Assembly (NCBI GenBank): GCA_039028935.1
Contig: JBCCHD010000011.1
Coordinates: 24,378-88,377 of the forward strand
Direction of reading: 5' to 3'
Source: Pseudomonadota bacterium
GTDB taxonomy: Bacteria; Pseudomonadota; Gammaproteobacteria; Steroidobacterales; SZUA-146
DNA: 64,000 nt
Position 1 is the first letter of the stretch. The number at the start of each line of letters is the position of its first letter. A program made the position numbers and the translations under genes. The notes under the pieces were generated by a model. It was not told where the DNA came from. It did no database searches and was given only the letters and a program-made list of their open reading frames with translations. This document shows positions 8,379 through 18,128 of the stretch, piece after piece.

Positions 8379-9956
8379 TTATTGGTTTGTTGGTATCCTT
8401 ATGCGGACTCGGCATCCGCGTCCTTCAATTGAGTCCAAATTGAACTCACCACCCACCAGCGCGACTCGCTGCTGCATGTTTTCTAGCCCGACGCTGCTTT
8501 CGCCCGAAGCCGACCGCAACACCTTTTGCGCATCGAAACCGACGCCAAAATCCTCCACCACGAGTTCCAACGTATCGTTACGATGGCTCATCGAGATGTG
8601 TATTTCTTCTGACTGACTGTGACGCATAGCGTTGGCCACAGCCTCCTGAACAATTCGAAAACACTCGACTTCGACGATGCTAGGCAAACGCTGCTCCAGC
8701 TCCTGGGCAAAGACTTCCACACGCAGGCCCGTCAGCTCCGACTGCCGTGCCCCAAACCAGTTGAGTGCCGCCGGAAGACCCAGGTCTTCGAGCATCGCCG
8801 GGCGTAAGTCCAATGACAGCGATCGCAAATGCGCCAAGACTTTGTCGACGGTATCCATCGAGACATCGAGTCGCGAACGAATATCGTCGGTCTCGGCACT
8901 ATGCCGAACGCCGTGCAAACCGAGTCGTAAGGCGGTGAGAAGTTGACCGATCTGGTCGTGCAGTTCTTGTGCGATGCGCCGACGTTCGGATTCTTGAGCG
9001 CGAATGAGCTTGCGAGAGAGCCTCGCTAATCGCTCGGTGTACTGTTGACGGCTGAGTTCGGAGACGACGCGCGACGTCACGTCGTATCCTTCAATGAGGT
9101 AGTCGTTGTCCTGCTTGGACAAACAGAGCTCCATCCACACGCTCTCACCGTTTGAATGATTCAAACGACCGGGCATGTATTGCTTTTCCGTGCTCGCCAG
9201 CGATTGCATACAGCGTTTTAGTTCCCTTTCAAACTCAGCCTGTTCAGACCAACCCGATAATGACCAGACCACACGCCCCAGTTGGGCGGGCTCGGCACAT
9301 CCAGTCATCAATCGTCCGGGGTCATCGATTTCCCTAATGACCCCACCACCGTCAAATCGAATCAGCAACCCCGCGCCGTGCTCACGAACTCGCACACGCA
9401 GCGGTAAGTCGCTACTGTCCCCGCCATAGGCGCGGTGCACAACAAACGGTCGATCATCCAGCAATAACGCGTAGCACCCGGCAAACTCATTGCTATCGCC
9501 GAGACTCACGAGCCGCGCTTCGGTGCGATGGCCCTGATGGCGCGCATCGATGAGCTCAACCGGCACGCGATACACGTTATTGCGCGCTTCAGGAAGACCG
9601 ACGTTCATGAGTGCCGCGTACGTTTCCGCCGATAAGTAGCGGCGAATATTACGGTTCTCAGAAAAAGTATCGATGCGCAGCAAACTGAGCATGGCATCGT
9701 TAACGTATCGTATCGTTCCCGTATCGCTGATCACGACAATCGGATCGGAAACAACAGAAAGCAGATTCAGCAAGGGTTTTTCCCGCTGTACATATCCATT
9801 GTGCTCACTCTTCGTATTGAGTGTGTGCCTGTAGCAAACCGACCACGTGACCAACTGGCCTGTGTAGATCGACGTTACCTCGGAAAGATGAGCTTGCGAT
9901 GAAATTCGCGTGCTGTCCACCCGATCAATGGCTATGACCCCTCGCTTTTCCTCCAC
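8379..9956 (-). CDS. cytoplasmic PAS-domain sensor histidine kinase (HisKA_3 / NarX-type)
   Basis: H-box ERRRIAQELHDQIGQLLTAL and HATPase_c blocks (VQEAVANAMRHS, VEDFGVGF, GLENMQQRV). The N-terminal ~300 aa are PAS-like with no obvious TM helix. The GTG start at 9956 is uncertain. Confidence 0.85.
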   Translation of the reverse strand: MEEKRGVIAIDRVDSTRISSQAHLSEVTSIYTGQLVTWSVCYRHTLNTKSEHNGYVQREKPLLNLLSVVSDPIVVISDTGTIRYVNDAMLSLLRIDTFSENRNIRRYLSAETYAALMNVGLPEARNNVYRVPVELIDARHQGHRTEARLVSLGDSNEFAGCYALLLDDRPFVVHRAYGGDSSDLPLRVRVREHGAGLLIRFDGGGVIREIDDPGRLMTGCAEPAQLGRVVWSLSGWSEQAEFERELKRCMQSLASTEKQYMPGRLNHSNGESVWMELCLSKQDNDYLIEGYDVTSRVVSELSRQQYTERLARLSRKLIRAQESERRRIAQELHDQIGQLLTALRLGLHGVRHSAETDDIRSRLDVSMDTVDKVLAHLRSLSLDLRPAMLEDLGLPAALNWFGARQSELTGLRVEVFAQELEQRLPSIVEVECFRIVQEAVANAMRHSQSEEIHISMSHRNDTLELVVEDFGVGFDAQKVLRSASGESSVGLENMQQRVALVGGEFNLDSIEGRGCRVRIRIPTNQ

Positions 9957-10146
9957 GTTCTGCGGTTTTATACTGTCATCCGACTAATCGCTTCGATTAA
10001 TCCAAACACTGATAGGAGCTAATGGTTGATTCTAAGCATGCAGGCCAGCGTTTGCCCTCCGGGTATACCCTTGTTTTTAGCTCTTTTTTTGTTTTTTATC
10101 GCAAAATTCACGCGATTTATCGGGTAGTTACACAGGAACCCCCACT

Positions 10147-10410
10147 ATGCCCTCCTCTGAGAATTTCGACCCTTCCCGTATTTGTGCTTCGAGCGATCGC
10201 CGTTATGGCATTCGCGCCTCACTCAAAGCCCACGACGGCTTTGACGCGCTGATGGGCGCAGACTGGGAGACCACACGCTGGTACGCCACCGCCCAAGAAC
10301 GCGACCGTGTATTGGCCACCATTGGCCAACGGCACGCGTTTTCTCGCATTGGTGACGCACCGGCTGTGATCTACCGAGCTGTTGATCGCGACGGCGTCGG
10401 CGAAAATTGA
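10147..10410 (+). CDS. hypothetical small protein (87 aa)
   Basis: ORF with protein-like composition that ends 2 nt before the thioesterase ATG. No motif recognised. Confidence 0.4.
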   Translation: MPSSENFDPSRICASSDRRYGIRASLKAHDGFDALMGADWETTRWYATAQERDRVLATIGQRHAFSRIGDAPAVIYRAVDRDGVGEN

Positions 10411-10412
10411 CG

Positions 10413-10865
10413 ATGGCTCGACCAGCGCTGTTCAATCTGACCCTAGAGGCGCTACCCGTGGTGGTCAGCGACCACGTCCGCTGGGGGGACATGGATGCCT
10501 ATCAGCATCTGAACAACACCCTGTTTTTTCGGCTCTTTGAGCAGGCTCGAATGGCTTACTTCGAACGCATCCACTTCAGCTCGCCCGGCGACAACGATCA
10601 GATCGGCCCGATTTTGGCGCACACCGAGTGCCATTTTCTAAAACCGCTGACGTATCCGCAGGCGCTCCAAATTGGCACGCGCGTTAGCCACCTCGATCGC
10701 GATTGGCTAACCATGGACTACGGCTTGTTTTTCTCCGCCGATGGTCAAGCGCGGCTCGCCGCCTGTGGCACGGGCAAAATCGTCTGCTATGACTACGCCA
10801 ACGGTAAGCGCTGCGATTTGCCGGACAGCGTCGTCGCGAGCATCGAGGCCCTCGAAAAAAGCTAG
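10413..10865 (+). CDS. acyl-CoA thioesterase, 4HBT/YbgC-like hotdog fold
   Basis: VRWGDMDAYQHLNNTLFFRLFEQARMAYFE matches the YbgC-type pattern (DxD..hvnN..y..y.e.aR). The ATG at 10413 is preferred to the TTG at 10407. Confidence 0.75.
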   Translation: MARPALFNLTLEALPVVVSDHVRWGDMDAYQHLNNTLFFRLFEQARMAYFERIHFSSPGDNDQIGPILAHTECHFLKPLTYPQALQIGTRVSHLDRDWLTMDYGLFFSADGQARLAACGTGKIVCYDYANGKRCDLPDSVVASIEALEKS

Positions 10866-11193
10866 CGCGCCCGGGGGTCTATCGCCCCGACGACACGACG
10901 GGTCGAGCGGATCTTTGAATCCGTTGGATCAAGTGCGATCGCGCAGCGCGGTGCGATCCGTTTATCGGTCGATGCCGGCACCGCGCGCCAGCCACTTTGA
11001 CACGACCGGCGTTTGGCAACGACCGTTTCGCCGGCGAAAACACCGCCCGGGCTCATTGCCGACCTGAAACAGCCGCCGTGTCCGTGCACGTGCGGGAGGA
11101 AACCGGCTGGCGTCCGCCCGGTGCGCAGCGGTATTATGGCGCTATCGCTGCGACGTCCGGTCGCACAGCATTCTTTTTCTTCTGAGGTACACC

Positions 11194-12480
11194 ATGATCA
11201 ACATCCCATCCGATGGACAGAAAATTACGCTTGAGAACGGCCGACTGGTCGTGCCCGACAACCCGATCGTGCCCTTTATTGAAGGCGACGGTACCGGCCC
11301 GGATATCTGGCGGGCGGCCGTGCGCGTACTCGACGCCGCTGTCGACACCGCTTACGGGGGCGCGCGCAAGATTCATTGGATGGAAATTTATGCCGGCCAA
11401 AAAGCCAATGACAACTTCAATTCCTGGTTACCGGACGAAACCGTGCAGGCCTGCCGCGACTATCTGGTGTCGATCAAAGGACCCCTAACCACACCGATCG
11501 GGGGTGGCATCCGCTCCTTAAACGTCGCACTGCGCCAGCTCCTTGATCTCTATGTCTGCCTACGACCGGTGCGCTGGTTTGCTGGCGTGCCGTCGCCGGT
11601 GCGCAAACCCAACGAGGTCGACATGGTGATCTTCCGAGAAAACACCGAAGACATCTATGCGGGCGTCGAATTCGAATCCGGCTCCGACACCAATCGCCAG
11701 TTTTTAAACCTCTTCAAAGAGCACTTTCCGAAGGAATACAGCAAGATTCGTTTTCCGCTCACCTCGGGCATCGGCATCAAGCCCGTGTCAGAAGAAGGCA
11801 CCAGCCGCCTGATTCGTGCCGCGCTGCGTTACGCGATCGACAATGACCGTAAAAGCCTGACGCTCGTACACAAAGGCAACATCATGAAGTTCACCGAGGG
11901 CGCCTTTCGCAATTGGGGCTATCAAGTTGCGGCAGAAGAATTTGCCGATCACACCTACAGCTGGGATCAATACGATGCAACGGCTGCAGAGAAAGGTAAA
12001 GACGCCGCCAATGCAGAGCAATCCGCCGCGCTCGCCGACGGCAAAATCCTGGTGAAAGACGTGATTGCGGACATCACCCTTCAACAGGTACTCACTCGCC
12101 CTACCGAATTTGACGTGATTGCCACGATGAACCTCAATGGCGACTACCTGTCCGATGCGTTGGCCGCGCAAGTGGGCGGCATTGGCATCGCGCCGGGCGG
12201 CAACATCAATTACGACTCCGGACATGCGGTGTTCGAAGCCACGCACGGCACAGCGCCCAAGTACGCCAACTTGGACAAGGTCAACCCTGGTTCTCTAATC
12301 TTGTCGGGCGAAATGATGCTGCGCTACATGGGGTGGAAAGAAGCCGCGGATAAAATCATCAATGCGATGAACGATACCATCGCGACGCGCACCGTCACGT
12401 ACGACTTTGCGCGCCTCATGGACGACGCAACCGAAGTAAAATGCAGCGAGTTCGCGGACGCCATGATCGAGAAAATGTAG
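11194..12480 (+). CDS. icd: NADP-dependent isocitrate dehydrogenase
   Basis: 428 aa. Includes [22 protein letters not shown], with the AceK-target Ser equivalent at codon 11515-11517, and the [23 protein letters not shown] block. Confidence 0.95.
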   Translation: MINIPSDGQKITLENGRLVVPDNPIVPFIEGDGTGPDIWRAAVRVLDAAVDTAYGGARKIHWMEIYAGQKANDNFNSWLPDETVQACRDYLVSIKGPLTTPIGGGIRSLNVALRQLLDLYVCLRPVRWFAGVPSPVRKPNEVDMVIFRENTEDIYAGVEFESGSDTNRQFLNLFKEHFPKEYSKIRFPLTSGIGIKPVSEEGTSRLIRAALRYAIDNDRKSLTLVHKGNIMKFTEGAFRNWGYQVAAEEFADHTYSWDQYDATAAEKGKDAANAEQSAALADGKILVKDVIADITLQQVLTRPTEFDVIATMNLNGDYLSDALAAQVGGIGIAPGGNINYDSGHAVFEATHGTAPKYANLDKVNPGSLILSGEMMLRYMGWKEAADKIINAMNDTIATRTVTYDFARLMDDATEVKCSEFADAMIEKM

Positions 12481-14244
12481 GTGAATGAGGCAGGGCCAGA
12501 CCGCACGCTTTCTAGTGCCCTGGCACGCGAGTGCGCCGCGTACATCTACACGGCGTTCTCGCGTTACAACCTGTATTTTCATGCCATCACACAGCGCGCG
12601 CGCATTCGGTTTCTTGAGCGCGATCAGCACGGCTCCCGTCGCGACGCGGTGCAGCGGATCGAAATTTACGGCCACTGTGTCGACCAGGCGGTAGCGCAGC
12701 TGCACGAAAGACTGGGCGCGCACGCGACATCCGTCGACACGTGGTCACACATCAAAGCGCATTACGAAGAACTCATTAGTCCTTACCTTGACGCCGAATT
12801 TACGCGCACGTTCTTTAGTTCTATCTCGCGACGCGTTCTGGACATAGTCGGCGTCAATCCGGCCGTTGAGTTTGCCGCCCGGGACGAAACACCACTGGGC
12901 CACCAGCGTGAATATGGCGGCTATCGCTCGTACACCAACCAAGGCTCCATGTGGAAAATGGCCAACCGTGTGTTGAGCGACTACGTGCAACTGGGCGAGT
13001 TTCGGGACATCATCGAAGCGAGCAACCAAGTCGCGGCGGAACTCAATCACGCCTGTATCAACGCAGGCGGCAATTTTTCATTGGAATCGCTCGACGTCAT
13101 CAAGCAGGTATTTTATCGCGACAACCGCGCGTACCTTGTTGGGCGCATTCATGGCAGCGACTATCTATTGCCATTGGTGATCGCGATTAAAAACACGGAC
13201 AGAGGCAATATCATCGACGCCGTGATCACCGACGAAGATGATGTGAGCATCATTTTTAGTTTTTCGCGATCGTATATCCATGTGGACTTGGACGTTGTGC
13301 GCGACGCTGTCGCCTTCATCAAGTCGGTTTTGCCACGCAAACCGCTCAGCGAAATCTACACGCTATTGGGGCGCGCTAAACAGGGCAAGACCGAGCGCTA
13401 CCGCGATATGTTTATGCATCTGCAATCGAGCACCGATCGATTTGAAGATGCCGCCTTTGACCGCGGCATGGTGATGGTGGTGTTTTCGCTACCCAACTAC
13501 CCGGTCGTGTTTAAGGTGATTCGCGACAAATTTGCCTTTCCGAAAACCACCGTACGCAAAGACGTCATTGACGCGTACAAACTCGTGTTCAAACGCGACC
13601 GCGCCGGACGGCTGATCGACGCACAAGAATTCCAGCATTTGAAGTTCCATAAGAATCAATTCGACCCAGCGCTGCTCCAGGAGCTGCTCGACGAAACGGA
13701 AAACACGGTGCGACTCGAAGGCGATGATGTGGTAATCGATCATCTGTATGTGGAACGCAAAATCCGGCCGCTCAATCAGTACTTGCGCGAAGTTGATCGC
13801 GAAACCGCCCGCCGAGCCGTAATCGATTATGGCCACGCGCTGCGAGATCTGGCGGCATCGAATATTTTCCCCGGCGATCTGTTGCTCAAAAACTTTGGTG
13901 TTACTCGCCACGGGCGCGTGATTTTTTACGACTATGACGAACTGTGCCTAGTCACCGAGTGCCATTTCCGCGACATTCCGAAAGCGCGCACCCACGAGGA
14001 GGAGATGAATGCCGGCGCGTGGTTTTATGTCGGCGAGTCTGACGTCTTCCCAGAACAGTTCCCCGAATTTCTGGGGCTCGATGACGATCTGATGGCGGTA
14101 CTGGTGGCCCACCACGGTGACATTTTGACCGCAGCCTATTGGAATGAACTCAAAGCGCGTCATCTGGCCGGTGAAGTGATCGACATCCTGCCGTACGTGC
14201 CGCGCAAACCCGACGCCAGCACTCACGGGCTGACGCCCAGTTAA
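12481..14244 (+). CDS. aceK: isocitrate dehydrogenase kinase/phosphatase
   Basis: 587 aa. Strong blocks shared with E. coli AceK as I recall it: NIFPGDLLLKNFGVTRHGRVIFYDYDELC, GMVMVVFSLPNYPVVFKVIRDKF, HLYVERKIRPLN. The GTG start immediately follows the icd TAG. Confidence 0.9.
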   Translation: MNEAGPDRTLSSALARECAAYIYTAFSRYNLYFHAITQRARIRFLERDQHGSRRDAVQRIEIYGHCVDQAVAQLHERLGAHATSVDTWSHIKAHYEELISPYLDAEFTRTFFSSISRRVLDIVGVNPAVEFAARDETPLGHQREYGGYRSYTNQGSMWKMANRVLSDYVQLGEFRDIIEASNQVAAELNHACINAGGNFSLESLDVIKQVFYRDNRAYLVGRIHGSDYLLPLVIAIKNTDRGNIIDAVITDEDDVSIIFSFSRSYIHVDLDVVRDAVAFIKSVLPRKPLSEIYTLLGRAKQGKTERYRDMFMHLQSSTDRFEDAAFDRGMVMVVFSLPNYPVVFKVIRDKFAFPKTTVRKDVIDAYKLVFKRDRAGRLIDAQEFQHLKFHKNQFDPALLQELLDETENTVRLEGDDVVIDHLYVERKIRPLNQYLREVDRETARRAVIDYGHALRDLAASNIFPGDLLLKNFGVTRHGRVIFYDYDELCLVTECHFRDIPKARTHEEEMNAGAWFYVGESDVFPEQFPEFLGLDDDLMAVLVAHHGDILTAAYWNELKARHLAGEVIDILPYVPRKPDASTHGLTPS

Positions 14245-14443
14245 TCGGCAAGACGTCGAGCGACCGGGGCCAACCGGATACTGCACTGCATCGAAACGAC
14301 CGACCCGCCACGTGCCAGAGCGTCGGATAACAACGGTTAAATACACCCTTTGTGGTCATGCCGGCCTTTCCTTCGGGCATCTGGCTCTTTAAACTAGCGA
14401 CTTTTCGCCGTTGCGGCACACAGAATAAAATGGAGATAGACCC

Positions 14444-15100
14444 ATGCGCCACGCTTTATCGTTATTGGCATTGAGCTTTACCCTCGCCCTCACCGGCTGC
14501 GCCAAGGAAGAGGCCCCGCCGGCCGACGCCGAAAGCAAGCAGTCCGTCACTGAGGCCGCCGCGGCCGTGGCACCCGAAACCGCGGCAGCACCGGCCAGCC
14601 CGCCAAAGGCATTGGGCGTCCTGACTGAGGAAGACAAAGCGCGACTCGAGGACACGATTGCAAGCTCGTTTGGCAAAGGCACCTTTGAAAGCGATAACGG
14701 TGTGAACTACACGTTCACCATGGAAGGCTCGGTTCTGTCTGATCAGTCGGGGTACGGACGATTTCGATTTTACTCCTTTGAAGACGGCGGGAAGATGGAT
14801 GTGAGTGGTGAGATGGCCTGTGTACGGATCGACAGCGCTGAACGCCGCATCTGGTTGTCGGGCCGCATCACACAAAACAACTCGACACTCGATCAGTATA
14901 AAAGCGGTCAGTATGCCGTTGGCGGCTACGTGCAGTACCGTGCGCGACCCAATGCGCTCGACGGCCAGACCCCTGGCGGCATTGAAATTCCCCAGTTCGT
15001 CGGTCGCGCCGACGCCGAAGGGTTTTGTGCGAAAGGTGAATGGTCCGAAGACGCCCTGTACGACCTGGGTGACAACGATTTGATCGCCGCCATTCCCTAG
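14444..15100 (+). CDS. hypothetical lipoprotein
   Basis: 218 aa with lipobox LALTG|C, an Ala/Pro/Glu-rich linker and then a globular region. The fully antisense 251-aa ORF is rejected. Confidence 0.6.
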   Translation: MRHALSLLALSFTLALTGCAKEEAPPADAESKQSVTEAAAAVAPETAAAPASPPKALGVLTEEDKARLEDTIASSFGKGTFESDNGVNYTFTMEGSVLSDQSGYGRFRFYSFEDGGKMDVSGEMACVRIDSAERRIWLSGRITQNNSTLDQYKSGQYAVGGYVQYRARPNALDGQTPGGIEIPQFVGRADAEGFCAKGEWSEDALYDLGDNDLIAAIP

Positions 15101-15215
15101 ATCACGAGGCGTGCCCAGCACCTGAACGGCGTAAAGGAAGCGCCGCACAACGTGTGATCGAACGGGGCAAAAAAATGCGCGCCGTCCTTGGCGCGCTGGG
15201 GACATCAACACGTCC

Positions 15216-15245
15216 AAAGCGGCTGCGAGAGCAGCCGCTTTTTTC
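15216..15245 (+). terminator. rho-independent terminator (partly bidirectional)
   Basis: GCGGCTGC-GAGA-GCAGCCGC stem-loop followed by TTTTTT. Sits between the convergent lipoprotein and OmpA-like genes. Confidence 0.7.
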
Positions 15246-15246
15246 G

Positions 15247-16053
15247 TTACTGGCCACCTGTGGTGCGTTCCGCAACACTCGATAGGCGTTTCTCTGCGAT
15301 GGTTTTGACATCGACGTTGGTTTTTTCGGGTATATCAAGACGAATACTGACGCGTCGATCGTGCGAGTAGGCGTCTGTATTCTCGCCGCTGTAGGTGGCT
15401 TGGCTCTCGCCCGAGGCCGCCGTTGAAATCTGCTCACCGGGAATGCCTAACGCGTTGAGCGTGTCGGCAACCGTATACGCCCGATCCATCGACAGCACTT
15501 CGTTGTGCGCATCATCGCCGCGACTGTCCGCGAAACCATGCACCGCGATCTCGGCGTCAGGCAGCGCTTTGATTAACGCCGATAGTCGCACTAGCCGCTG
15601 GCGATCATCGTCGGACAACGTGGACTGGTCCGTGTCAAAATGCACATCAAACTGCAATCCATCGACCAGCGCTCGCTCGACAAAGAGTGTTTCAATTCGC
15701 GCGTTGAGCGCATCGAGTTCATCGTGAGCCGCTAACAGCTCAAGGTCGAGTCGCTCCTGCTCTGTCAATGTTTGATCGAGCTGTCGACGACTACTCGCAA
15801 GCTGGTCTAACGCATCATCGGCACGCGCCATCTGTTCGTTTGATTCATTGACCGTATGGCCATAATGACCACCAATTGCCGCACCAATAATCGCGCCGAC
15901 CGGCCCACCGACCGCACCGCCGATCACCGCCCCGGTACCGACACCCACCGCTTCACTTTTTGAGGCGTTGCGATGTTCATCAGCCAGTGCGCTTGGTGCA
16001 CCGACCATAAAGCTGATGGCGATTGTCGCCAGCCATAGTTTTGAGTACGTCAT
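15247..16053 (-). CDS. OmpA-family peptidoglycan-associated protein with glycine-zipper and coiled-coil N-terminal half
   Basis: Signal peptide, then Gly-zipper GTGAVIGGAVGGPVGAIIGAAIGG, then a helical segment, then an OmpA_C-like domain (FDTDQSTL...VHGFADSRGDDAHNEVLSMDRA...RRVSIRL). Confidence 0.8.
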   Translation of the reverse strand: MTYSKLWLATIAISFMVGAPSALADEHRNASKSEAVGVGTGAVIGGAVGGPVGAIIGAAIGGHYGHTVNESNEQMARADDALDQLASSRRQLDQTLTEQERLDLELLAAHDELDALNARIETLFVERALVDGLQFDVHFDTDQSTLSDDDRQRLVRLSALIKALPDAEIAVHGFADSRGDDAHNEVLSMDRAYTVADTLNALGIPGEQISTAASGESQATYSGENTDAYSHDRRVSIRLDIPEKTNVDVKTIAEKRLSSVAERTTGGQ

Positions 16054-16270
16054 ATCAGATCTCCTGTTCGCTCAAATTCAGTGCGTACAGTTAAACAACG
16101 GTTTGAGGCGATGATGAGGCAGCAAATGACGAAGCGCCGGACAACTGTGACGAATTAAGGCACCGCGAATCGTCACACACCGTCGCGAATGAGATGTCGA
16201 CGTACGCACGTACCGTTGGTGACGCGCACAAAAGAGGGAGTGCTTGGGCAAACCCGATAAGGCAACACGC

Positions 16271-16300
16271 AAAAAAAATGGCCGCAATCAATGCGGCCAT
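16271..16300 (-). terminator. rho-independent terminator downstream of the sigma-54 activator gene
   Basis: On the minus strand: ATGGCCGCA-TTGAT-TGCGGCCAT followed by T8. Confidence 0.75.
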
Positions 16301-16335
16301 TTATTGGCGAGTTTAGCGAATGCACGGCGGTACGG

Positions 16336-17682
16336 TCACTCCCGAAACTGCGCTGGATCGACGTGATGGCGACGCAGCAGCTGATAAAACTTGCTGCGAT
16401 CACGTCCGGCTAATCGCGCGGCGCGGCTCACGTTGCCGCGTGTTGCACGCAGCAGGCGAACCAAATACTGCCGTTCGAAGCGATTTCGCGCCTCGGTTAG
16501 CGTGGTAAACCCAATGTCGTCTTCGTGTAGTGCCGCCTGCACAAGCGTTTGTGGAATCACAGGCGTGGTGGACAATGCGGCGGTTTGCTCCACCACATTT
16601 TGAAGCTGACGCACATTGCCGGGCCAGCTCGCCTCGAGCAAGGTTTCCATCGCTTTTGGCGCAAAGCCGGTCACCGGAGTCTCGTAGGACTCGCGGATTC
16701 GATCTAAAAAATGCGCGGCGAGCAGCGCGATGTCTTCACGTCGTTGACTCAGCGGCGGCAACTCCAGATCGACCACTTTAAGCCGGTAAAAGAGGTCCTC
16801 ACGAAATTCGCCGGCCGCGACCGCTGCATCGAGATCACGATGGGTAGCGGAAATCACGCGCACATCGACCGATACCGATTGATTGCTGCCGACTGGACGG
16901 ATTTCTTTTTCCTGCAGCGCACGCAACAGCTTGCCTTGGAATGCCATCGACATGTCGCCGATTTCGTCCAAAAACAACGTGCCGCCATTGGCCGCGCGAA
17001 ACAATCCGGCGCGCGCCTCGTTGGCCCCGGTAAAGGCGCCCTTTGTGTGTCCGAACAATTCAGACTCAAGCAGGTTTTCAGGTATCGCCGTGCAGTTGAT
17101 CGGCACAAACGGCTGATCTTTGCGATCACTGGCATTATGAATGGCGTTGGCCAGCAGTTCTTTACCCGTACCGCTGTCACCGCGAATAAAGACCGGCGTT
17201 GGCGTACGCGCGGCCAGACGTGCACGCTCGAGCAACGCGAGCATTTGCGGGCTGCGTGTAATGATGTCTTTTTGCCATTCATCCGAATCCAGCGGATCGG
17301 CGGCGGTCGCATTGAGCGACACGGCACGACGTACGCAATCGAGCAGCTGATCGCTATCAAACGGTTTCGTTAAAAATCCGAATAGCCCACGACGCGTTGC
17401 GTCCACCGCATCCGGAATCGTGCCGTGTGCGGTGAGAATAATGACCGGCAGGGCAGGACGCTGGGCATGAATGCTGTCGAACAGCGCCATGCCGTCCATG
17501 CCGTCCATACGAAGGTCGCTGATCACCAAGCGCGGCTGATACGAATCAAGCGCGTCCAGTGCGGCCTTACCCGAATCGACCGCCTTGACCTCAAAACCGG
17601 CCGATCGCAGCCGATAACTCAACAGTTTGAGCAAGCCTGGGTCGTCATCGACCAGAAGGACTCGCCCGCTTAGTTCTTTCAT
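16336..17682 (-). CDS. sigma-54-dependent response regulator (NtrC/GlrR-like: REC + AAA+ + Fis HTH)
   Basis: REC domain (RVLLVDDDPGLLKLL...LVISDLRMDGMDGMALF). AAA+ domain with GDSGTGKELLA and the GAFTGA loop (GHTKGAFTGA). C-terminal HTH (NVSRAARLAGRDRSKFYQLLRRH). The ATG at 17682 is preferred; the track extension to 17829 runs through a hairpin. Confidence 0.9.
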   Translation of the reverse strand: MKELSGRVLLVDDDPGLLKLLSYRLRSAGFEVKAVDSGKAALDALDSYQPRLVISDLRMDGMDGMALFDSIHAQRPALPVIILTAHGTIPDAVDATRRGLFGFLTKPFDSDQLLDCVRRAVSLNATAADPLDSDEWQKDIITRSPQMLALLERARLAARTPTPVFIRGDSGTGKELLANAIHNASDRKDQPFVPINCTAIPENLLESELFGHTKGAFTGANEARAGLFRAANGGTLFLDEIGDMSMAFQGKLLRALQEKEIRPVGSNQSVSVDVRVISATHRDLDAAVAAGEFREDLFYRLKVVDLELPPLSQRREDIALLAAHFLDRIRESYETPVTGFAPKAMETLLEASWPGNVRQLQNVVEQTAALSTTPVIPQTLVQAALHEDDIGFTTLTEARNRFERQYLVRLLRATRGNVSRAARLAGRDRSKFYQLLRRHHVDPAQFRE

Positions 17683-17796
17683 GGGTTTCAAAAGGGACAC
17701 CGAGGGGCTATGCGCCGCCTTGTTTGCCGCGTTGCCTAACACTCCGCCACTATATGCTCGACCTGTCATAACTACCACTCTCCTGTTGGTGGTGGC

Positions 17797-17822
17797 ATGA
17801 CGACAGCCGTCGCTGTCGTCAT
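17797..17822 (-). other. perfect 11-bp stem hairpin between EF-hand gene and activator gene
   Basis: ATGACGACAGC-(4 nt)-GCTGTCGTCAT, starting 18 nt after the EF-hand gene stop. No U-tract follows. Possible partial terminator, processing site or stabiliser (inference). Confidence 0.45.
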
Positions 17823-17839
17823 CCCCCAAACATCGTTAG

Positions 17840-18094
17840 TCAGTCTTCGCTGTTCTCGCGTCCGGCGTGCTTAGCAGCAAGCTCTTTTTTGTCGAGTTGA
17901 CCATCGCCGTTAGTATCGAGCGCGGCAAAATGTTCCGCGAGATACGCATCCGCATCGGCTTCTGCAATCGAGATGAGGCCATCCTGATTGCGATCGAGCG
18001 GTGTGGTATCCGCTTCCCCTGCCGTCGTCACTACTGGCCATACGGCGCCGGTTAACAACAAACTGGTTGGTATTGTCAGGAACTGCTTTTTCAT
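17840..18094 (-). CDS. secreted EF-hand calcium-binding protein (84 aa)
   Basis: Signal peptide (LLLTGAVWPVVTTAG) and two canonical EF loops, DRNQDGLISIAE and DTNGDGQLDKKE. AAGGAG Shine-Dalgarno upstream. Confidence 0.8.
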   Translation of the reverse strand: MKKQFLTIPTSLLLTGAVWPVVTTAGEADTTPLDRNQDGLISIAEADADAYLAEHFAALDTNGDGQLDKKELAAKHAGRENSED

Positions 18095-18128
18095 GATCTC
18101 TCCTTAACGCCCAAGTGGCGTTGATGAA

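Noticed and set aside
14462-15217. 251-aa minus-strand ORF fully overlapping the 14444-15100 lipoprotein gene
   Set aside because: Its Arg/Gly/Val-rich composition is typical of antisense frames in GC-rich genes. The + strand product has a clean lipobox and protein-like composition, and there is no Shine-Dalgarno.
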